Source: Terriglobia bacterium (lineage in GTDB: Bacteria; Acidobacteriota; Terriglobia; 20CM-2-55-15). From it: a stretch of DNA of 64,000 bases. A program made the translations under genes and the position numbers. Within the stretch, counting starts at the first letter, position 1. Every line of letters starts with the position of its first letter. Shown here in pieces: positions 40,170-50,632 of the stretch. The stretch lies in NCBI GenBank assembly GCA_963664115.2, contig CAXWPJ010000010.1:224001-288000 (forward strand), in the 5' to 3' direction. Under the pieces are notes generated by a model. The model saw nothing but the letters and a program-made list of their open reading frames with translations. It was not told the origin of the DNA and did no database searches.

Positions 40170-40958
40170 GTGGACAGTCGATCAATCCAACCGTCGGCAA
40201 CGAAGACACTCGCCGAACTGAGACAGGTCTCCAAACGCTACGGTTCCACGCTGGTGTTGGACTCTCTGTCTCTTGAAGTTCCAGCAGGGCATCATATGGT
40301 CTTGCTCGGACCCTCGGGCTGCGGCAAGTCGACGCTCCTGCGCCTGATCGCCGGACTTGAAACACCCGACTCCGGGCAGGTGTTTGTCCAGGGTCGGCTC
40401 GCCTCCGGTGGCACCGGTCCGGTTATCCCTCCACATGAACGCGGCATTTCAATGGTCTTTCAGGACCTGGGCTTGTGGCCGAATCTTTCAGTACTCGAAA
40501 ACGTGAAGCTGGGTCTTGCCGGATTGAAAATGGGGCGGGATGAGCGGAAAGAGCGCGCCAGGTCTGCTCTGGCCACATGCCGGATCGAGGACCTCTCGGG
40601 CCGCAAACCCAACGAACTCTCCGGGGGCCAGCAACAACGAGCCGCCTTGGCTCGCGCGCTTGCCGTACGCCCCCGGTCTTTGCTCCTCGACGAACCCTTC
40701 GGAGGACTGGACCTGGAACTGAAGCGACATCTGTCCGAAGAGATCCTTCGCCTGTCGGTCGCTTTCGATGTGACCGTCCTGCTTGTGTCTCACGATCCGT
40801 TGGAGGCCAGGGCTTTCTGTTCTCATGCTGCTGTACTGGAAAAAGGACGGATTTGTGAGGCTGGGGCACTCGATGCGCTCTTAAGAGACCCAGTCTCAGG
40901 GACGCTACGGGAATTTGCGGCACAGCTCCCGCAGCCTGATCCAAGCGCGTCAGCCTGA
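40170..40958 (+). CDS. ABC transporter ATP-binding protein
   Basis: GPSGCGKS, LSGGQQQR, LLLDEP. Confidence 0.95.
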   Translation: MDSRSIQPSATKTLAELRQVSKRYGSTLVLDSLSLEVPAGHHMVLLGPSGCGKSTLLRLIAGLETPDSGQVFVQGRLASGGTGPVIPPHERGISMVFQDLGLWPNLSVLENVKLGLAGLKMGRDERKERARSALATCRIEDLSGRKPNELSGGQQQRAALARALAVRPRSLLLDEPFGGLDLELKRHLSEEILRLSVAFDVTVLLVSHDPLEARAFCSHAAVLEKGRICEAGALDALLRDPVSGTLREFAAQLPQPDPSASA

Positions 40959-41096
40959 TTCAAGCGCGTCAGCCATCCGCATCGAGAGCACAGAGGACCA
41001 GGCGGCGACGTTCGCGGTTCGGTTCACGATTGAATCTCGTCGCGTGTCGTGATAACAAATTGAGAGCAACTGCACACACAGCAAATAGGAGGCGAC

Positions 41097-43232
41097 TTGC
41101 AGTCCTACAGCGCACTAAAACGATTCTGCCTGGCAGTCTCGCTGATCACCATCGTGGCGATCACGGGAGTGATGCTTGCAGGCCAGAATGCCGCGACCCC
41201 TCAGGCAGGTGGATTTGCAGGCCAGGTCGTCAGCGCCTCTGGCGCGGGGGTCGTGGGCCCCGATGCGGCCGATGCCGGCCATCCCGTTCCCGGCGCAACG
41301 ATCCACCTGGTCCCCGTCACCGCGATCGACACCACGACACAGATGACTGCCAGTGCCATCTATGCCCCACCGTACCCGGCGGAAGCCTACGATGAACCGC
41401 TCGAGGACGCGATTCGCCTGCGCGGTACTGACTTCCCGCAAACCACGACGGACTCCGAGGGCAACTTCCTCATCGCGAATGTACCCGATGGCAGGTTCTT
41501 CATCCATGTCACACCGGGCCCGGACGACAGCGAACACCTGCCCGGCGGGGACCAGAGCAGAGAGAGTTATTCAGCCGGGCAGCTGCGCGGCCGGTCGATG
41601 ACCATCCAGGTTTCGAGCAGTCCCTCGCCCTCTGCCCGGGCCATGGGCAGTTCGACCTGTCTGATGTGCCACGCGGACCAGGAACACTGGCAACAAACCG
41701 CGCACAAGCTCGGATGGACTGTACCGGGCGCTCCAGGGCCGCTGCAGGACTTTTCGAGACACCCGCAGTACTTCGACGCGATCGAGTCGTTTCCCGAAGT
41801 CGAGAACTACGCGGACGGCACTCGCCTCGAGCTCGGAGATTACGACGGAGGCCGGGGTGACGACAAGTTCAAGCTGAGAGTTTCTGGCGATGCTCGGGTG
41901 CCGATCGAGCTCACCTATGCCGATGTCTATCTGTGGAAAAACGCAGCCGACAGCAGGTACTACATCACGCTGGAAAACAGGCTCAACGCCGAGGACCCCA
42001 ACAGCCCGGCGCATCTGGAAGTCAAGCTCCTCTACGGCGGAGCGGTTCACGACCAGCGCTACATTGTCTCGGTTCCACCAGGACTGGGAGATCGGCTGGG
42101 TTGGTATACGGTCTTGCGGTACAACATGACCGGACGTGACAACCGCTTGAACAGAACGCGCCGGGTGTGGCAGGACTACAAGTTCTACCTCTGGTGGTCC
42201 GCCGGCGGAGACGGCCAATACGGATCGGGGGACGATGTGCTCACGGCTCCGCCCGTCAACACGAATACCGTTCAGGCCATGTGCGCCGGCTGTCATCTGA
42301 CGGGCTGGGAACGATATGAAGACCCCGCTTCCGGCCAGTTTCTCGTACGGGCAGTCAATGACCCTGGCGGCGCCATGAACATCGACGATGATCCCGAGCC
42401 CGACGAGATCAACATCGGCTGCGAAAACTGTCACGGTCCCGGATCAGAGCACGTGGCAAACGCCGATGAATCGCGTTTCATCGTCAACCCCAAGTATCTT
42501 TCAGCAGAACGGTCCAGCGTGGTGTGTGGCAGGTGCCACGACCGAAGACAGGGTTATGGCGGACCCACGGTCGGTTACACTCAGGCGCTCAGCGAGGCCG
42601 GCGAGCTCGCAAGGCCCGGCATCAGCCGCCACGAGTTGATTACTGAGTTCACCGACCCGATCAAGAAGGGCCCGACGATGTTAGGACCCGGACGGGCAAA
42701 CAACATCTGGCCCGACGACATCCACTCGAGCAGGCCCCATCAGCAGTATTCGGACTTCCTGAAGTCGACAATGTACCGGAACGATCGACTGCTGGTCACC
42801 TGCTCGGACTGCCATGACCTGCATGGCGACACCCCCTATCCGCGCTGGCTCATTCACGATGCCGACGACGCGGCCTCCCCCTTGTGTCAGAGGTGTCATG
42901 CCATAGACGTGCTGTCGCACATGGAAACGAAACTGAATTCGAAGATGAAGGGTGAGCAGACACGCTGTATCGACTGCCACATGCCGGGAACCGCCAACGG
43001 AGGGGGCACGGCGGGCGATTTTGGCCGGATGATCCGGACGCCTCCCTATGCTGACGCGGCAGACGAGGCAAACAACGCTTACTGGGAAAGCTCTGCAAAC
43101 TCCCACGTGTTCGATGTGCCCTTGAAGACGAACGTCGCAGTCCACGGCGTCGCGCCCGGCAGGGCCATGCCTGTTCCCTACACGGCCGCCTGCGGGACCT
43201 GCCACGAGGTGGACGAGTTGCCGTTCAGGTAA
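41097..43232 (+). CDS. octaheme c-type cytochrome
   Basis: Signal peptide; eight CxxCH motifs (CLMCH, CAGCH, CENCH, CGRCH, CSDCH, CQRCH, CIDCH, CGTCH). Confidence 0.9.
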   Translation: MQSYSALKRFCLAVSLITIVAITGVMLAGQNAATPQAGGFAGQVVSASGAGVVGPDAADAGHPVPGATIHLVPVTAIDTTTQMTASAIYAPPYPAEAYDEPLEDAIRLRGTDFPQTTTDSEGNFLIANVPDGRFFIHVTPGPDDSEHLPGGDQSRESYSAGQLRGRSMTIQVSSSPSPSARAMGSSTCLMCHADQEHWQQTAHKLGWTVPGAPGPLQDFSRHPQYFDAIESFPEVENYADGTRLELGDYDGGRGDDKFKLRVSGDARVPIELTYADVYLWKNAADSRYYITLENRLNAEDPNSPAHLEVKLLYGGAVHDQRYIVSVPPGLGDRLGWYTVLRYNMTGRDNRLNRTRRVWQDYKFYLWWSAGGDGQYGSGDDVLTAPPVNTNTVQAMCAGCHLTGWERYEDPASGQFLVRAVNDPGGAMNIDDDPEPDEINIGCENCHGPGSEHVANADESRFIVNPKYLSAERSSVVCGRCHDRRQGYGGPTVGYTQALSEAGELARPGISRHELITEFTDPIKKGPTMLGPGRANNIWPDDIHSSRPHQQYSDFLKSTMYRNDRLLVTCSDCHDLHGDTPYPRWLIHDADDAASPLCQRCHAIDVLSHMETKLNSKMKGEQTRCIDCHMPGTANGGGTAGDFGRMIRTPPYADAADEANNAYWESSANSHVFDVPLKTNVAVHGVAPGRAMPVPYTAACGTCHEVDELPFR

Positions 43233-43314
43233 AAGGAAGGCGTCTGACTTCCATTCCTCTCAGCAGGGTCCGATTGTTGCTATTTCAGATCGTCGTGCGT
43301 TCCGCACTTGGAGC

Positions 43315-43495
43315 TAACCCGCATTTCTCACGAGTTGTCTGCTCCAGCGCCGGATCCATCCGCCAGGGCTGCGTTGCGCTTGGTCGGGCTCCTCGACGTA
43401 CTGTCAAGTACGCCTCCGTCGCCCTCCCGGCACGCGCCTTACCCTGACGGCGGCTCCGACGCTTCGCGACGAAAACCCGTGAGAAATGCGGGCTA
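43315..43495. mobile_element. MITE-like element
   Basis: 22 bp terminal IRs TAACCCGCATTTCTCACGAGTT / AACCCGTGAGAAATGCGGGCTA (20/22), TA ends, no coding capacity. Confidence 0.7.
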
Positions 43496-43563
43496 AAGTC
43501 GGGCTTAGGGAAGAAGTTTCCCCGGAGACGGCCCCTCACACGGTTCTCATTGCGTTGGATTTG

Positions 43564-44571
43564 TCAGTTGCGTTCGGGGACGGGCTCCAGGTCAAGTTCC
43601 GCTCTGGCCGTAAAGTCCGCCGTCACCTCGACGGGTAGGCCGAAGGTGAGATATTCGGTCTGCGAGACGAAGAGCTTGTACGCACCTTGCGCCACCCGCA
43701 CCTGGGCTACACCTCGCTCGTCGGTAACGGCTTTGTATGGGTGCATGACCACACGAGCTCCCCTGAGGGGCGTTTGACTGACTTTGTCGACGGCGTGGAC
43801 TGTTACGAGGTACTCGGGATGGCTGACGACTCTGACTCCAAAACTGACGGAACCTTCAGCGTGCGGGATCCCGACATCCGATCCCGGAACCCTGGAATCC
43901 CATTCCGGGGCCTTGACGCTCCACGTATAGAGGCCCTCCACGGTCGGGGCTCCAAGTTCGACCTCCGCGAAATACAGGCCGCTCGTGCCGGGCCAGCGGT
44001 CGCCAGGCAGCGTCCCGGTGGCTGCTTGTGCCCCCACGTGGTCGTAGATTCCAAAGTCCCTCTGCGTCAGGTCGCAGTCAATGGAGCACTTGATCCCAAC
44101 CTTGATCCTGAACCTTTCGCCGACCACAATAGCCGACGGTATTTCCCACGCAACCACATTCATCGTGTGAGGCTCGACCGTGAACGATAGCTGTGCGGAC
44201 GCTTCCATGTATGAAATACCTTCCTTCACAACCCCCGGACATACTGCCAACCACGTATATGCCCCTGCTTTTACGGGCGCTATCATGTCGAACTCAACGG
44301 TTTCGCTTGTCTCGCCATCGAATTCGCTGAACTCAACGCTGCCACGGTCGGCGCCGGCCTGGTCTTTGATCAGGAGTGGGTGCCCCCGCAGGTCGCATGC
44401 CGGAGCGCACGACACCTTGCCCCGCAGCGTTATCGCGGCCCCGGCAGCAACAACGTCGGGAAAGACGTAAACCGCGCACGAGGTTCGACCGCGCTTCTCA
44501 TCGCCTTCGGAAGCCATGTTACCCGTACCGGCCTTGTACCGGCAGAGACTCCGGTGGGGTTCCACCCCCAC
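43564..44571 (-). CDS. hypothetical beta-sandwich repeat protein; start uncertain
   Basis: Two internal repeats each with CxxxC; C-terminal carboxypeptidase-regulatory-like segment. Confidence 0.6.
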   Translation of the reverse strand: MGVEPHRSLCRYKAGTGNMASEGDEKRGRTSCAVYVFPDVVAAGAAITLRGKVSCAPACDLRGHPLLIKDQAGADRGSVEFSEFDGETSETVEFDMIAPVKAGAYTWLAVCPGVVKEGISYMEASAQLSFTVEPHTMNVVAWEIPSAIVVGERFRIKVGIKCSIDCDLTQRDFGIYDHVGAQAATGTLPGDRWPGTSGLYFAEVELGAPTVEGLYTWSVKAPEWDSRVPGSDVGIPHAEGSVSFGVRVVSHPEYLVTVHAVDKVSQTPLRGARVVMHPYKAVTDERGVAQVRVAQGAYKLFVSQTEYLTFGLPVEVTADFTARAELDLEPVPERN

Positions 44572-44606
44572 CGGAGCCTCGCATACTAAGTGCTAGTTGA
44601 GCCGTG

Positions 44607-46685
44607 TCAGGCTTCCTGGGCGGCATTCGTGCCTGCCATGTAACCATGGACGAGGGCTCGCCCCAGACCATGTTGGTTGCCGCCACCACTGGACTCTCCG
44701 CCAGCATAAAGTCCGGCTATGGGTTCGCCCTGCATGTCGATGACCTGGGCCCGCCCGTTGATCCTGAGGCCACCGTAGGAATCGTGCCAGACCGGATAGA
44801 GTGTAGCCGCATAGAACTGCGGCGTAGCTATCCTGTACATGGGTGCATCGGGCCCACGCGCGAACTCCGGATCCTCACCCCTGTCCACGTACGAGTTCCA
44901 CTTGGCCACAGTTTCTGCCAAATAAGTCAGCGGAACCCTCTGGAACTCATGGCCCTCGTAGATTTTAGCGGCCAAGCCCTCGATCGTGTCGGCACTGAAG
45001 AAGAATCCATTATCCGGCGAAGTGAAGGGCGGATCGATGTTCCATCCGTCACGCTCTACGGCGGCCCGGTCGAAAATCGCCCATATCGGTCCAGAGAAGT
45101 AGTCTGGAGCTTTCGAACCCTCGTTCATTGCCAGGGCGGCATGAATGCTGTTGGGCTCCCGGTAGGTCTCCCTGATGTTCTCTGCGCTGGCATTGCGCCA
45201 ATCCATCTGCACGTGGTCGAGGCCCGACCTGGGCTGGCCCTTGCTGGGCCCGGCCGGAAAGGCGGCGCCCCCCGCCCTTTCCGTGACAAGAAGCTCATTG
45301 AAGAATCTCTTCCCCACCTGGTTCACAACGATCAGGTGTTGGAAAGATTCGCCGCCGAGTTTGATGCCCGTGGATCCCCGTAACGAGAAAGTCGGGTGGC
45401 CCGGAAGCATGTCGGTGTAGGGATCCCGCGTGGCAAGGTTTCCCGGGATATGAAACGTACTGCCGTAAGAGAGGTTCTGTTGCATCCCCGCGAGGTTCGC
45501 TCCAACCCTCATTCCGGCGACGATACCGCTGGCGTCCTGACCGCGGGCTCCCAGAAGGGCCCAGCCGCTCGACACGAAAGCGGGCTCTCTCCACCCCGGA
45601 TAGAACATGCTGCGGAACTCGGGATTGCCCACATGCCCTCCGGCACCAATGATGATGGCCTTGCGAGCCCTGATGAACAGCGTCTCGGTGCGGTCGTCGA
45701 TGTTGCCGTTCTGCCAGTAGCTCTCCAAACGCGCACCGGTCTCAGGGTCGAACCTCGGCGAATAGCTGGCACGGATGCCCACAACCCTGCCCGAGAACTG
45801 CTGCTCCCGAATAATCTCGTCCATATGGCGGTTGAGTATGAACTGGACGCCTTTTTCCCGAGCGCTGAACTCCAAGGGCCTGGAGAGTGCGGCGCCATTT
45901 GTGCGAGCACCCGGGCTTGCGATGTCGGTTCCGTCGCCCATCAGCCTTGGTGCGAAGTGACTCGAGCTCACCCCCGCGATTCCGGCATCCCGTGTTGAGA
46001 CCGTTCCCGCTTTGATATCCGTCGTGGCACCTTCCATGAGGAAGGTCACAGCTCGCCTGGCACGCGACATGCCCCCATTGCCGTGTGTGCCGGAGATGCG
46101 GCCCATACGGACGTAATTGGCCATCAGGAATTCCCTGGTGGCGTAGCAGTTGTCGGCATAAGCCCGATGGAGCTCGCGTTCGTTGTAACGGTAAGGGGCC
46201 TGGGCCGCAGCGTCCATCACTGACCAGTCGGTATGGTCCCTGAACAGGAAGTCCGTGTCCTCGGTCAGTTCCTCCACAGTCTGCTGAGGTGGAGCCGTGA
46301 CGAACCCCTCCGGGTCTCCTTCGCCTGCGATGTCCCTCAACTGGAGGGGATCCCCACCGCCAAGAGACACCAGCCCGCCGCTGTGCAGCATCTTGCCGCC
46401 GCAATCGAAGTTCTGGTCGACGATGATCACGGACACACCAAGGTCCCGCGCCCGGATGGCGGCGGGCAGCCCCGTGCACCCTGCTCCGAGGATCACGACA
46501 TCCGCCTCGTAGTCCCATTGAATGGCGGCAGCGGGGGAATCTTGCGCTAAAGCTGTTCCCGACGTCGACAGAACGGCCGCACTGACGCCGGCGGCAGCTC
46601 CCTTCTTGACGAAATCTCTCCGGCTAAGGGGCTTCTGGCCCTGAAGCTTTCGGTCTTTCTGATCGGTTTCTCGTTTCTTGGCCAT
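44607..46685 (-). CDS. Tat-exported FAD-dependent oxidoreductase (flavocytochrome c / fumarate reductase flavoprotein family)
   Basis: SRRDFVK, WDYEADVVILGAG, GGLRIN, IAGLYAGGE. Confidence 0.9.
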   Translation of the reverse strand: MAKKRETDQKDRKLQGQKPLSRRDFVKKGAAAGVSAAVLSTSGTALAQDSPAAAIQWDYEADVVILGAGCTGLPAAIRARDLGVSVIIVDQNFDCGGKMLHSGGLVSLGGGDPLQLRDIAGEGDPEGFVTAPPQQTVEELTEDTDFLFRDHTDWSVMDAAAQAPYRYNERELHRAYADNCYATREFLMANYVRMGRISGTHGNGGMSRARRAVTFLMEGATTDIKAGTVSTRDAGIAGVSSSHFAPRLMGDGTDIASPGARTNGAALSRPLEFSAREKGVQFILNRHMDEIIREQQFSGRVVGIRASYSPRFDPETGARLESYWQNGNIDDRTETLFIRARKAIIIGAGGHVGNPEFRSMFYPGWREPAFVSSGWALLGARGQDASGIVAGMRVGANLAGMQQNLSYGSTFHIPGNLATRDPYTDMLPGHPTFSLRGSTGIKLGGESFQHLIVVNQVGKRFFNELLVTERAGGAAFPAGPSKGQPRSGLDHVQMDWRNASAENIRETYREPNSIHAALAMNEGSKAPDYFSGPIWAIFDRAAVERDGWNIDPPFTSPDNGFFFSADTIEGLAAKIYEGHEFQRVPLTYLAETVAKWNSYVDRGEDPEFARGPDAPMYRIATPQFYAATLYPVWHDSYGGLRINGRAQVIDMQGEPIAGLYAGGESSGGGNQHGLGRALVHGYMAGTNAAQEA

Positions 46686-46775
46686 GGGTCTACCTCCCTT
46701 GGAGCGCCTGGTCTGTCAGATTAGAGTTTAAATAGCTCCCGGCAGTCTACAAGACGGATGGGCTGGGTGTACACG

Positions 46776-46813
46776 AATTCAACTGCCAACACGCTGATTT
46801 CTCAGAACTTGAC
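46776..46813 (+). repeat. degenerate palindrome copy N
   Basis: ...CTGATTTCTCAGAACTTGAC matches the right arm; left arm decayed. Confidence 0.45.
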
Positions 46814-46907
46814 GCGGGCGAACCTGCCCAGGGCTGACCGTGACCACCTCGATCCCAGGGCGGATTAGCCGCGATCCGCTCCTGACAGAGCTATTCTTTC
46901 AGAACAC

Positions 46908-47774
46908 TTACGGCGCCGTATCGGCTGCCGATTCTGTGGGTGCCGGCCTCTTGCCCCACCCTAGCAGGCGATCCAGCGCCCAGGGGCCTCCGCCCACCGC
47001 CGCAAGGTAGAGGAAGGCAAAACTGAAGAAAGCTGCGTCCTCGCCCTGGTTCACGATGGGCCAGAACGCCCGGGGCTGGTGGCTGATGAAGTAGGCGACG
47101 GCCATTTGGCCGGAAAAGATGAAGGCCAGCGGTTTCGACAGAAGGCCGAGGAAGAGTACGGGGCCTGCGATCACCTCCATCACGTGCGCGACGCCATTGA
47201 GCCCTTGGAGCGCTTCCCCGGGTCCCGGAAACACTTCGTCCGCCGGCCACGGCCATCCGAGCAAATCCTCTGTTCCATGAGTGAAGAACAGAAATGTCAC
47301 GACGATCCGGTAAACGCTGAGAAGCTGTGGCTCCCAGGTGGCCAGATAGTCGGTCGGCGGCTTCGTGAGTCCCCGGAACTTCGCGTCGAGGCTCCAGGTA
47401 CCGCTGCCCGCCGCGGCTAGATAGAGGAAAAAGAAGCAGTAAAAGAAAGCCAGGTCGCCGCCGTTGAGCCTCGGATACAGACCCTCCGGCGCAAAGACCG
47501 TCATATAGACGATGGCCTGTTCGATGGCCAGGACCAGGGAGATAGACCGGGTGAAGATCCCGAGGAGAACGGCCAACCCGCCGAACGCTTCCAGCATCCC
47601 ACCCAGCGCTGTCCACGTATACAGGTCGAGTCCATCGAAGCCTCCCCTAGGCGGAGGGTAGCCGAAGACTGTCTGCGTCCCGTGCGCCACGAAAAGAAAG
47701 GCGACGGCGATCCTCATGATACTCAGGATCTGCGGGCTCCATTGGCCGAGTAGCTGATTGAACTTGTTGATCAT
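46908..47774 (-). CDS. tandem double DoxX family membrane protein
   Basis: Two repeats of LS..RI...FLF..HGT and GxGxWxLD. Confidence 0.85.
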   Translation of the reverse strand: MINKFNQLLGQWSPQILSIMRIAVAFLFVAHGTQTVFGYPPPRGGFDGLDLYTWTALGGMLEAFGGLAVLLGIFTRSISLVLAIEQAIVYMTVFAPEGLYPRLNGGDLAFFYCFFFLYLAAAGSGTWSLDAKFRGLTKPPTDYLATWEPQLLSVYRIVVTFLFFTHGTEDLLGWPWPADEVFPGPGEALQGLNGVAHVMEVIAGPVLFLGLLSKPLAFIFSGQMAVAYFISHQPRAFWPIVNQGEDAAFFSFAFLYLAAVGGGPWALDRLLGWGKRPAPTESAADTAP

Positions 47775-48102
47775 AAAGAGTTTACTCTCTCGTGAGTTGG
47801 GCGACGGCCGATGTCATGGCGCCAGCCTGAACACAATACCGCGGATTGTGGAGACGTTCTCCATCCCTGAGGTCTTTCCCTAGTGAAGGGATTCTATCGA
47901 TCTTCGGGCGGCAGGTCGAGTCGAATCGGTGCGCTGGGAAATGCCGTATCTTGCAATTCTTCGACCTAAATCGGATCCCCTACCTGTACTTCCATGACAC
48001 CCATTATGGGACCCGAATCGATTCGGAATTCCGCAACCCTTAGCCAGGAATTTGGGCCTATTGCCCGGCCTGGAATTTACTTTTGGAAATTTTCAACGTC
48101 CG

Positions 48103-48700
48103 TATCTGGACTCCTCTGTCAAGTGGGCGCAACTTTCCTGTCTGCTTCCCCACATATTTTTATCAGCTTGACTGATCGGACACCCGGTGTGCGTGGCTGA
48201 TCGACTGCATCCGTATCTCCGGCCTCTTGAGTGGAACGGTATCGTTCCGGGCCATGATGAAAATTCGCGCGCGGGGAGCCATCCAAGAAAGACGGCCTCT
48301 ATGGGCCACGGACTATGACGGCATGTCCCCGCGCCGGTCCGACCGGTGCGCCATCACACGGAAGTCATTGCAGCCGGGCTGATGTGATGTTCCGCTAGCA
48401 GGCCGCTCTGTAGCCGGCCTGATAATCCGAATCGCGTTTCCAGACGGCCCATACGCGTCGGGCCAACTTGTTCGCCAGAGCTACGGTCGCCTTGTTGTAC
48501 CCGCGCTGTTCGTGGATATGCAGTCCCCATCGCTGGAGCGGCGACGGGGTGATGCTCTTGCGGTGCGCCGGCCACAACAGGGAACGTGCGCCGTGGATGA
48601 GCATTGTCCGGAGATACACATCGCCGCGCTTGCTGATCCTTCCCAGTCGTCGGACATTGCCGCTGGAATGTTCCCGCGGTGTCAGTCCGAGATAGCCGGG
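48103..48700 (-). mobile_element. truncated IS1111-group element (right end, non-coding region, transposase C-terminus from 48395)
   Basis: Right end identical to 12164-12184 in reverse complement; YLGLTPREHSSG and VALANKLARRVWAVW; abuts half-palindrome AATTTTCAACGTCCG (48088-48102). Confidence 0.9.
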
Positions 48701-48992
48701 AATAATAGTTGACGCTGGACACCATTCAAAACTCCCGTCTCAACTCCCCATCGACCCGCGGTTTCGCTCCTCGGCAAGATCTGAAAACCTACTTTATCCA
48801 TAGCTCCACCATCGCGGCTTCACACCGGCCGCTCCCTTCAAATTCTGTTATCGAAATTGTCGCGGTAGAAATTGATCGGCAGGTCCTGCGACATTCGGCG
48901 CCGCTTCAATCCCGATCAACGCTAGGGATTTGTCGTTACCTTGAACTCGGATACTAGCAGCTCGTGGCAGAAGTCTTGAGGGCCACGGGCTG

Positions 48993-49367
48993 CTAGGGCG
49001 TCTTCTCTTCTTTCAGGTAGCCCAGTGTTGAGAAGAGTACGGCCAGGACCCAGAACGCCGGGCCCAATATCGCAGGAGACATGATGGACAGATAGGGCAG
49101 CAGCACAAAGAGGATGAACCCGATATCTACGACGCTCAGGTTGATGACGTTGATCCAGTAACCCGCGCGACTGTTCTTCCAGTTGCGAAATACCCCGATG
49201 ATGATCGCGACAACGCCAAAGAAGAGCAGATGCCAGGAATTCTGAATGAGTCGACCGTGAGCCATACCGGTCTCGAAACTGGAACCGAACTGGTACTGCA
49301 TGTAAGCCGCGTTGACGTGCAACAACCCCCAGATCACATAACACACCGCTCCGATTCGATGCCACAT
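48993..49367 (-). CDS. small four-TM membrane protein
   Basis: Hydrophobic 124 aa ORF with RBS. Confidence 0.65.
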   Translation of the reverse strand: MWHRIGAVCYVIWGLLHVNAAYMQYQFGSSFETGMAHGRLIQNSWHLLFFGVVAIIIGVFRNWKNSRAGYWINVINLSVVDIGFILFVLLPYLSIMSPAILGPAFWVLAVLFSTLGYLKEEKTP

Positions 49368-49702
49368 TGCGATTCCCCTTTTCTTCGTTGATCTTTTCCC
49401 TCCGGTTCCAGGTCCTGGTGTGCCCGCATCTGCAGAGGCGGTCTTCCCAGGACTCGGAACGGCCAGGCTGGGTGCCACCTTCCATCATATTGGGGGATCG
49501 CGAACTGAACCGAGAAAACTCAGTAAATGATATTCAATGGGGGATGTACCAGCAATCAAATCTCAGCGGAAACAGGTCAAACTTAGAACTCTGGCTTCAC
49601 CGGGGATCGAAAAGCTAAGGACTGGAGTGATATAACGTACAAACCGTTTTGTAGCGAAACGGCGCTTTTGTCCAAATTTTTATAACGACGTACAGGACAG
49701 CC

Positions 49703-50632
49703 TTGATTCTCACTAATTCATTTGTCCAAAATGCCGACGGACTGGTAGAGAACATCTCGAAAGCGGTCGTCGCCGGACCCGAAGTGGTCCGCCTCAGCGT
49801 GACGAGTCTGCTTGCGGGAGGACATCTTCTGCTGAACGATCTTCCGGGATCCGGAAAGACGCTGCTGGCCCGTTCCATAGCACGATCTCTGGGATCAAGC
49901 TTCAAGCGCATCCAGTTCAACCCGGATCTCCTGCCCACTGACATTACGGGATCGTCTTTATTTAATCGTGAGGAGAATCGATTTGAGTTCGTGGAGGGAC
50001 CAATTTTTGCCAACGTAGTCCTGGCTGACGAAATCAACCGGGCCAGTACACGAACTCAATCCGCGCTCTTAGAGTCGATGGCTGAGGGACAGGTGACGGC
50101 CGACGGCAGGACTTATCCTTTGCCGAACCCGTTCTGGCTGGTCGCCACTCAAAACGACGTTGACGCCTACGGCACTTTTCCCCTACCCCACGCCCAACTC
50201 GACCGCTTCATGATGTCGCTGAAAATAGGTAACCCGAACGAAGATGAACAGGCGGAAATCCTTGAGCGCAACCAGCGTGGCGACCCAATTGTAGAACCCG
50301 TTCTCGATGAGCAAACCATAGCCGCAATGCAGGCTGAGGTTCGCGAAGTAGAAATAGCACAAGCCGTCAGACAGTACCTTGCCAGAATCCTTGTCGCCAC
50401 GCGAAGCCACCCAGGTGTTACGCTGGGCGCAAGCTCACGCGGGGGAGTACATCTGCAGCGATCGGCACAAGCGATCGCCGCGATGCAAGGTGACGGTTTT
50501 CTCGCGCCGGAACACATCAAGGCTGTCGCTGTTCCCGTATTGGCCCACCGTTTCATTGGAACACCGGGAGGGGCCACTTCTTTCGAAGAGGTGATCCGTG
50601 AGGTTCTTGACGGCATACCTGTCCCGATCTAG
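49703..50632 (+). CDS. MoxR family AAA+ ATPase
   Basis: PGSGKT, RIQFNPDLLPTDITG, LADEINRA, AQLDRF. Confidence 0.95.
   Translation: MILTNSFVQNADGLVENISKAVVAGPEVVRLSVTSLLAGGHLLLNDLPGSGKTLLARSIARSLGSSFKRIQFNPDLLPTDITGSSLFNREENRFEFVEGPIFANVVLADEINRASTRTQSALLESMAEGQVTADGRTYPLPNPFWLVATQNDVDAYGTFPLPHAQLDRFMMSLKIGNPNEDEQAEILERNQRGDPIVEPVLDEQTIAAMQAEVREVEIAQAVRQYLARILVATRSHPGVTLGASSRGGVHLQRSAQAIAAMQGDGFLAPEHIKAVAVPVLAHRFIGTPGGATSFEEVIREVLDGIPVPI

Noticed and set aside
40931-40975. 19 bp tandem repeat at the end of the ABC ATPase
   Set aside because: Two copies only; a simple local duplication with no further structure.
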